Shown here: one piece after another, positions 44,865-50,241 of the stretch
How positions within the stretch are numbered: position 1 is the stretch's first letter
How the letters are laid out: each line of letters starts with the position of its first letter
DNA from: a bacterium
Lineage (GTDB): Bacteria > Patescibacteriota > Minisyncoccia > Sungbacterales > HO2-52-23
Direction of reading: 5' to 3'
NCBI GenBank assembly: GCA_030697705.1
Contig: JAUYPE010000018.1
Location: 1 to 50,241, forward strand
DNA length: 50,241 nt
The notes under the pieces: generated by a model
The model's database searches: none
What the model was told of the DNA's origin: nothing
What the model saw: only the letters and a program-made list of their open reading frames with translations
Translations under genes and position numbers: made by a program

Positions 44865-47210
44865 ATGAAGACATTTGAAAAAGCTCTCTTGTGGACGATA
44901 AAGATAGCGCTCTGGATCATTCCCGTTCTGCCGTTCTATGTGACGCCCTCGCTTCTCTTTCCGTTTATTACCGGTAAGAATTTTGCGTTCCGTATTCTCG
45001 TTGAGCTTGCTTTTGCGGCGTGGATTGGGCTCGTTGCCGCATGGCCACAGTATCGCCCAAAGCCGACGCTGCTTTTTAAAGCGATTACGGTATTCGTGGG
45101 GATCGTATTCTTGGCTGATATTTTTTCACCCAATCCTCTGCGCTCGCTTTTTTCAAACTATGAACGGATGGAAGGATTCATGATGATCGGACACTTGTAC
45201 CTATACTATCTCATGCTCTCTACCATCTTTAAAACAAAACGCGACTGGCTAGTTTTTTTCCATGTATCGCTCGGCGCGAGTTTGGCGGTTTCGTCCGTCG
45301 GTGCCTTGCAGAAATACTGTCAGAATATCGCGGAACATCTTGCATCGTGCAAGCAGTGGGCGAGTGCTCTCCAGTCCATCAATGTACCGCTAACCTCCAC
45401 CCAAGGAGGGTTTCGTATTGATGCGACCATCGGGAATCCAACCTACTTCGCTGCGTATCTTCTCTTCCATCTTTGGATAGCGCTCTTGCTCGTACGGGAG
45501 TATTGGAAAAAAACATGGCGCGCCGCTTTGTACGGTGCGGTTTTCCTTTTTGAACTCTTTATAACGTACCTTACCGCAACCCGCGGCGTGACCCTTGCAC
45601 TCGTTGCCGTGGTTCCCTTTCTGTTTCTTGTTGTCGTGCTCAACATGCGGCGTGCGCTTCCCCGTGCGTCCGCCGCGGTGAGGAAAAGTATCATTGGTGT
45701 ATTGATTTTTGTCGTGGTAGTGCCCCTGTTTCTGTGGGCGATGCGCGGTACGGGAGTCGTGCAGGGCAGTCCGGTATTGCGTCGCCTTACCGACTTTTCT
45801 CTTACCCAAGGGACTATCCAGGACCGCTTTCTTATCTGGGGTATGTCCATGCGGGGAGCGCTGGAGCGTCCATTTTTAGGTTGGGGGCAGGAGAACTATT
45901 ATCTTGTCTTTCAGAAATACTATAATCCAGGTCTGTATAGTGCCGAGCCGTGGTTTGACCGTTCGCATAATATTATCTTTGACTGGCTGGTGCATGCCGG
46001 CATACTCGGTCTCGCCGCCTATCTCGGCATTTTTGTCGTTATTTTTCTGGGTATCATCAAAGGCATGCGGCGTGGGAGTATGCCATTCTTACTGGGGCTC
46101 ATCCTGCTCGGTATGTTTATCACATACTTTCTGCAGAATCTCTTCGTCTTTGATAATTTGAACACCTACCTGCTCTTCTTCGCTTTTCTCGCGTATACGG
46201 GAATGAACATGCCGGGTGGTACACGTGAAGATGCACATGCGGGTGGAAAGAGTGGCCGGTCCGCCTCACCTGCTGTCACTATGGGGGTGACTTTTGCCGC
46301 ACTGATTATCTTTCTTCCATGGATGTACTTCGCACATGTCAAGCCCATTCGCGAGGGCTACGCGCTTATTAACGCCTTGCAGGTGAACGCGGCAAAAAAT
46401 ACCTCAAGCAATATCCTGATTGGTGTATTCCAGAGCGCACTTGCCTATCGCACTTTCGGGGATACCGAGGTGCGCGAGCAGTTAGCCAATATGGCGCGGG
46501 ATATACCGGGGGATAATCGTTATACGCCGGATGACCAAAAGAAAATAGCTGACTTTGCCGTTGATGAGCTGAAAAAACAGACTGCCGGTGACGCCAAAGA
46601 CATTAAGCATCTTCTTTTCTTAGGCTCTCTTATTGACCATCTTCTTGCCGTGACCCTCCAAAAAGATGCGCCGCTTCAAAAAATCATCGGCAACAATGAA
46701 CAGCGCCAGTACGCGCAGATGGCCGAAGACACCCTGCGTGAGGCCATACGCCTCGGACCGAATAAGCAATTTACCTATGTGGAGCTTTCGCAACTGTATG
46801 CCATTACCGGTAACGGCGACCGCGCGGTAGAGACGCTGAAGAAAGGATGGGATTTTGACCGACGCTTCAAGGCGATTGCGGAAAATCTAATCGTCCTTGC
46901 GGTGTTGACGGGCAAAAAGGATATTGTTGCGGAGATTCAAAAAGAGTATCCCCTTGAGACCTTGAATGAAACCGCTCTGGCACGGCTTGGACTTGCCTAC
47001 CGGCAAATTTCCGACTTTCCCAATGCGGTGCTGGTTTATGCGGCACTGGTAAAATCGTCCCCCAACGATGCGAAGATTCGGGCGATCTATGCGGGATTGC
47101 TCGCCCAGACGGGGCACATAGAGGAGGCGCGAGCAGAGGCGATCGAAACCGGTCGATTAGATCCTTCACTAAAAGATCAGGTTGATCATTTTCTCCAAGT
47201 ATTGCCGTAG
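44865..47210 (+). CDS. O-antigen-ligase-family (Wzy_C) membrane protein with C-terminal TPR repeats
   Basis: FPFITGK, SNYERMEG, ATIGNP.YFA, TATRG, R..IW, RPFLGWG.ENY, FDRSHN..FD.L...GILG; TPR-like tail. Confidence 0.85.
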   Translation: MKTFEKALLWTIKIALWIIPVLPFYVTPSLLFPFITGKNFAFRILVELAFAAWIGLVAAWPQYRPKPTLLFKAITVFVGIVFLADIFSPNPLRSLFSNYERMEGFMMIGHLYLYYLMLSTIFKTKRDWLVFFHVSLGASLAVSSVGALQKYCQNIAEHLASCKQWASALQSINVPLTSTQGGFRIDATIGNPTYFAAYLLFHLWIALLLVREYWKKTWRAALYGAVFLFELFITYLTATRGVTLALVAVVPFLFLVVVLNMRRALPRASAAVRKSIIGVLIFVVVVPLFLWAMRGTGVVQGSPVLRRLTDFSLTQGTIQDRFLIWGMSMRGALERPFLGWGQENYYLVFQKYYNPGLYSAEPWFDRSHNIIFDWLVHAGILGLAAYLGIFVVIFLGIIKGMRRGSMPFLLGLILLGMFITYFLQNLFVFDNLNTYLLFFAFLAYTGMNMPGGTREDAHAGGKSGRSASPAVTMGVTFAALIIFLPWMYFAHVKPIREGYALINALQVNAAKNTSSNILIGVFQSALAYRTFGDTEVREQLANMARDIPGDNRYTPDDQKKIADFAVDELKKQTAGDAKDIKHLLFLGSLIDHLLAVTLQKDAPLQKIIGNNEQRQYAQMAEDTLREAIRLGPNKQFTYVELSQLYAITGNGDRAVETLKKGWDFDRRFKAIAENLIVLAVLTGKKDIVAEIQKEYPLETLNETALARLGLAYRQISDFPNAVLVYAALVKSSPNDAKIRAIYAGLLAQTGHIEEARAEAIETGRLDPSLKDQVDHFLQVLP

Positions 47211-47311
47211 GGCGGGCATTAGTAATAATAAGGAATAATAAAGGATATTGTCACACGGCGCGGCGGGGCATGACCTCGCCCGCGCCGTACGTGTTCTAGT
47301 TCTTAGCGCTT

Positions 47312-48202
47312 ATGAATCAACGATTAAAAGTCGGCATCATCGGTGTCGGGATGGTGGGAACACCCCTGCGTCGTTATTTTGAAGAAGTGCAGGGATACCG
47401 GCGCGGCGAAGAGCTGTTTCTTTTTGATACGAATCCGGAAAAAAAATGCGCGGATGAGGTGAACTGTGCTGATGTTATTTTTGTGTGCGTTCCCACGCCG
47501 CGTGCGCCGACCGGATCGGCAAGTTTGGAGGCGGTGAAAAGCGCATTTGTCGGTATTGCTGACGGCAAGATTGTCGTGCTGAAATCAACGGTTCCGCCCG
47601 GCACGACCGAGGCGCTGCAGAAAAAATATCCCGCGCTCAAAATTCTTTTCAATCCGGAATTTTTGACGGAAAAACGCGCATGGGAAGATTTCTTGAAACC
47701 CGACCGCCAGATTGTCGGGTTTACCGCCTCCAGTTTGGACGCAGCGCATGCCGTTCTGTCCCTCTTGCCAAAAGCGCCCTTCATGTCGCCATGGGGGATG
47801 AATACCTACCGACCGGTCAAAATCACGGCAACGGAAGCAGAGATAATTAAGTATGGCGGTAATATCTATTTTGCGCGCAAGATCAATTTTGCCAATGCGC
47901 TTTTTGACTTGGCAGCTTCCCACGGCGTTGACTACGAACATATCCGTCTTGGAATGGCGGCTGACTTTCGCATCGGCGACTCGCACCTGGATGTCAGGCA
48001 CGGCGGCTACCGCGGATTCGGCGGCTACTGTTTTCCCAAGGATTTAGACGCGCTTCTTGCGCACTTTAAAGAGCGAGGACTTATTGAGGATGTCAAGCTT
48101 TTGCAAAGCGATCGGGATTTTAACGAGAAATTACTTATCAAGCAAGGGCTTACCTGGGAGGAAGTCAGCGTGCACGATTCTGAGGCGGAAGAAGATGAAT
48201 AG
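47312..48202 (+). CDS. UDP-glucose/GDP-mannose dehydrogenase family, short form
   Basis: GVGMVG, CVPTP, KSTVPPG, NPEFL, AEIIKY..N, GFGGYCFPKD; lacks the C-terminal UDP-binding domain. Confidence 0.85.
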   Translation: MNQRLKVGIIGVGMVGTPLRRYFEEVQGYRRGEELFLFDTNPEKKCADEVNCADVIFVCVPTPRAPTGSASLEAVKSAFVGIADGKIVVLKSTVPPGTTEALQKKYPALKILFNPEFLTEKRAWEDFLKPDRQIVGFTASSLDAAHAVLSLLPKAPFMSPWGMNTYRPVKITATEAEIIKYGGNIYFARKINFANALFDLAASHGVDYEHIRLGMAADFRIGDSHLDVRHGGYRGFGGYCFPKDLDALLAHFKERGLIEDVKLLQSDRDFNEKLLIKQGLTWEEVSVHDSEAEEDE

Positions 48203-48223
48203 TAAAGAATCATCAAAATCTTT

Positions 48224-49135
48224 ATGAAATATATCGTAACGGGCGGGGCGGGATTTATCGGCTCGCATATCGTTGATCAACTTGCGGCGGGAGGTCACGA
48301 GGTACATGTCGTGGATAATTTTTTGACGGGCAAGCGCGAACGTGTAGAAGGGAAGGCGACGATTCATGAAGAAGACATTCGCAATTTTGATGCGCTCGCG
48401 CCGCTTTTTAAAGGAATGGTGGGTATCTTTCATACCGCCGCCCAGCCGCGGATGCAGTACTCCATCAAGGAGCCGCGTCTGACGAACGACATCAACATCA
48501 CCGGCACGCTCAATGTGCTTCTTGCCGCGCGGGATGCCGGCGTGCCGCGCGTCGTATATTCGGCCTCATCCTCCGCCTACGGTCCGCGCCATCCCATGCC
48601 GCTCCGCGAGGATATGGCGCCCGAGCCCGTTATTCCCTATGCCATTCAGAAGCGTGTGGGGGAGCAGTACTGCGTCATGGCGTCGCGCTTTTATGGTTTA
48701 AAAACAGTCGCGCTTCGTTATTTTAATGTCTACGGTCCGCGCCAAACGACGACAAAAGACGGTCCCTACGCCACCGTCATCGGTATTTTTCTTGAACAAC
48801 GCAAAAACAACCACCCGATGACGATCGTGCCGGACGGTACCCAGCGGCGCGATTTTACCCATGTAGGTGACATCGCGCGGGCGAATCTTCTCGCGATGGT
48901 ATCGGACAAGGTAGGAGTAGGCGAGATTATCAATATAGGCACAGCGACGAACTACAGTGTCCTGCAAGTTGCCGATATGATCGGGGGTGCGCAGGAATTT
49001 GCCGAGCCGCGACAAGGAGAGGTACGCGAGACGCTCGCAGACAACACGCGTGCGCGCGAGCTCATCGGTTGGGAGCCGAAGATTTCATTTGAAGAAGGGA
49101 TCAATGAACTAAAAAAAATGATGGGGATCGCGTAA
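48224..49135 (+). CDS. NAD-dependent NDP-sugar epimerase/dehydratase (WbpP/GalE-like)
   Basis: TGGAGFIGS, ASSSAYG, PYAIQK, LRYFNVYGP, RDFTHV. Confidence 0.92.
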   Translation: MKYIVTGGAGFIGSHIVDQLAAGGHEVHVVDNFLTGKRERVEGKATIHEEDIRNFDALAPLFKGMVGIFHTAAQPRMQYSIKEPRLTNDINITGTLNVLLAARDAGVPRVVYSASSSAYGPRHPMPLREDMAPEPVIPYAIQKRVGEQYCVMASRFYGLKTVALRYFNVYGPRQTTTKDGPYATVIGIFLEQRKNNHPMTIVPDGTQRRDFTHVGDIARANLLAMVSDKVGVGEIINIGTATNYSVLQVADMIGGAQEFAEPRQGEVRETLADNTRARELIGWEPKISFEEGINELKKMMGIA

Positions 49136-49254
49136 TATCAAAGATAAAAAAGTTGTCTGCAGAGGATGATCGGTCACGTTATTTACCAATAGTTCATAGA
49201 CAAAGGTCGCTGCGATACAGAGTAGCTTGCATTATTATTCAATCAGATAATTTT

Positions 49255-49413
49255 AGACCTACTGCGCAATAACCTTTCTACTGCACTTATGCTTTTTCGG
49301 CTGCAAACAACTCACCGCTCGTCAATGAATACGCTGTATTCATCTCCTCGCACTTCATTGTTTTCGCACGAAAAAGCATAAGTTCGTAACGAAAATTATC
49401 ACGCAGTAGGTCT
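49255..49413. repeat. 159-bp palindromic intergenic element (ERIC/RPE-like), copy 2
   Basis: TAGACCTACTGCG / CGCAGTAGGTCTA ends; colinear with and the same length as 4389-4547. Confidence 0.9.
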
Positions 49414-49476
49414 ATTCTATTTTTTGTGTCGCTTGAATCTATCCCGCACAATACAAACAAGGAGGGTGGTTCCGAT

Positions 49477-49845
49477 ATGCCGGAGACCCGTGAAGTAAAA
49501 AAAGAGCGCGAACTGATGCTCATTCAAGAATACTCCCTGCCGCTCACGGCACTTCATTTGCAGGGAGGGGAGACCTCGGTGGATCGGGCTATCAATGTGG
49601 CGCCCAATACGTGGAATGAGAACGACGGCGTCATCGTGTGGCTTGACCGCAACGGACGCATATACGCGACCCCCGGTTCGGACCATACGCGTGAGATAAT
49701 GTTTGAACATCTTACCAAAGATGAGAGCATCGGCGTTCCACACCTAAACAGTAAGGAGGTATGGGGTGACAAGGCCGAGGGGGGCGGCACTAACGATTTC
49801 CGCGAATGGGAAAGATTGCGTGCGCGTGCTTCCGGTGACCGATAA
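49477..49845 (+). CDS. Hypothetical protein
   Basis: AAGGAGGG SD; 122 aa; no recognised motif. Confidence 0.6.
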   Translation: MPETREVKKERELMLIQEYSLPLTALHLQGGETSVDRAINVAPNTWNENDGVIVWLDRNGRIYATPGSDHTREIMFEHLTKDESIGVPHLNSKEVWGDKAEGGGTNDFREWERLRARASGDR

Positions 49846-49951
49846 GCATGGAGAAATAGTGGGGATTGTGTAGTGTGAAAAATGTAATAAAAACAGAGCG
49901 ATATATTTCAATCGCTCTGTTGGCTAGGGAAGGGAACCGAGTTGGGCGTTA

Positions 49952-50241
49952 TCACAAAGAGTCGCCGTCTCGAGCAAAGCACTTTTCGCAGAGTGGTCTC
50001 AAGTGCAACTGCTCCGTCCCCATCTTGCGGATGAACCAAAGAGGAACTGTTTCAATGGGAACAGGGATACTACCGCTTTCCTCGAGCTCCTCTAGGGTAG
50101 CCACATACTCTCTAATAACGCTATAATCCTTCTTTGCGCAGTCGGCGCAAGGATCATTGGCCCCCGCATAGGCCATTCTTACCCTAGCCGTGTACATTTT
50201 ACCCTTGTACTTGAACTCGTCTAGCTCTGTGAGTCCGTAAC
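49952..50241 (-). CDS. Hypothetical protein with two CxxC motifs (5'-truncated by window edge)
   Basis: Frame stays open to the window end (YGLTELDEFKYKGKMYTAR...); CADC and CEKC. Confidence 0.55.
   Translation of the reverse strand, partial: YGLTELDEFKYKGKMYTARVRMAYAGANDPCADCAKKDYSVIREYVATLEELEESGSIPVPIETVPLWFIRKMGTEQLHLRPLCEKCFARDGDSL

Noticed and set aside
46990-47006. CTTGCCTACCGGCAA as a short palindromic insertion
   Set aside because: It encodes LAYRQ within a normal TPR-like helix, with no sign of extra residues
49287-49523. Minus-strand 78-aa ORF
   Set aside because: It runs through the 159-bp repeat and overlaps the SD-led + strand gene
1-50241. CRISPR array, rRNA, integrase or transposase
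   Set aside because: No regularly spaced direct repeats, rRNA-like sequence or recombinase/transposase motifs were seen

Overview
Bacterial window (translation table 11) with almost all genes on the + strand. It is dominated by a large surface-glycan locus: rfbB/rfbD, two NeuA, two divergent NeuB, a hydrolysing NeuC, NDP-sugar dehydrogenases and an epimerase, several glycosyltransferases, three SAM methyltransferases, a polysaccharide deacetylase, a GNAT, an AcpS-FkbH-ACP module and an O-antigen-ligase/TPR membrane protein. Gene style (few Shine-Dalgarno sites, near-leaderless promoters, short UDP-glucose dehydrogenase, DUF2157) suggests a Patescibacteria/CPR genome, but no marker gene is present, so this is inference. 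The strongest candidate new system is four paralogous Fe(II)/2-oxoglutarate (PhyH-like) dioxygenases interleaved with nonulosonic-acid genes, together with a glyceryl-ACP acyl-donor module; this points to oxidatively and acyl-tailored sialic-acid-like sugars. Inserts interrupt the locus: a type III R-M system with a Schlafen/AlbA_2 gene between mod and res, AT-rich cassettes, orphan genes with their own promoters and terminators, a subtilase, and an atypical tRNA-Arg(UCU). Small palindromic elements include two covarying 159-bp ERIC-like copies, a nested MITE with a 5-bp target-site duplication, and a 24-bp hairpin apparently inserted in frame in mod. All calls come from reading motifs by eye; no searches were run.
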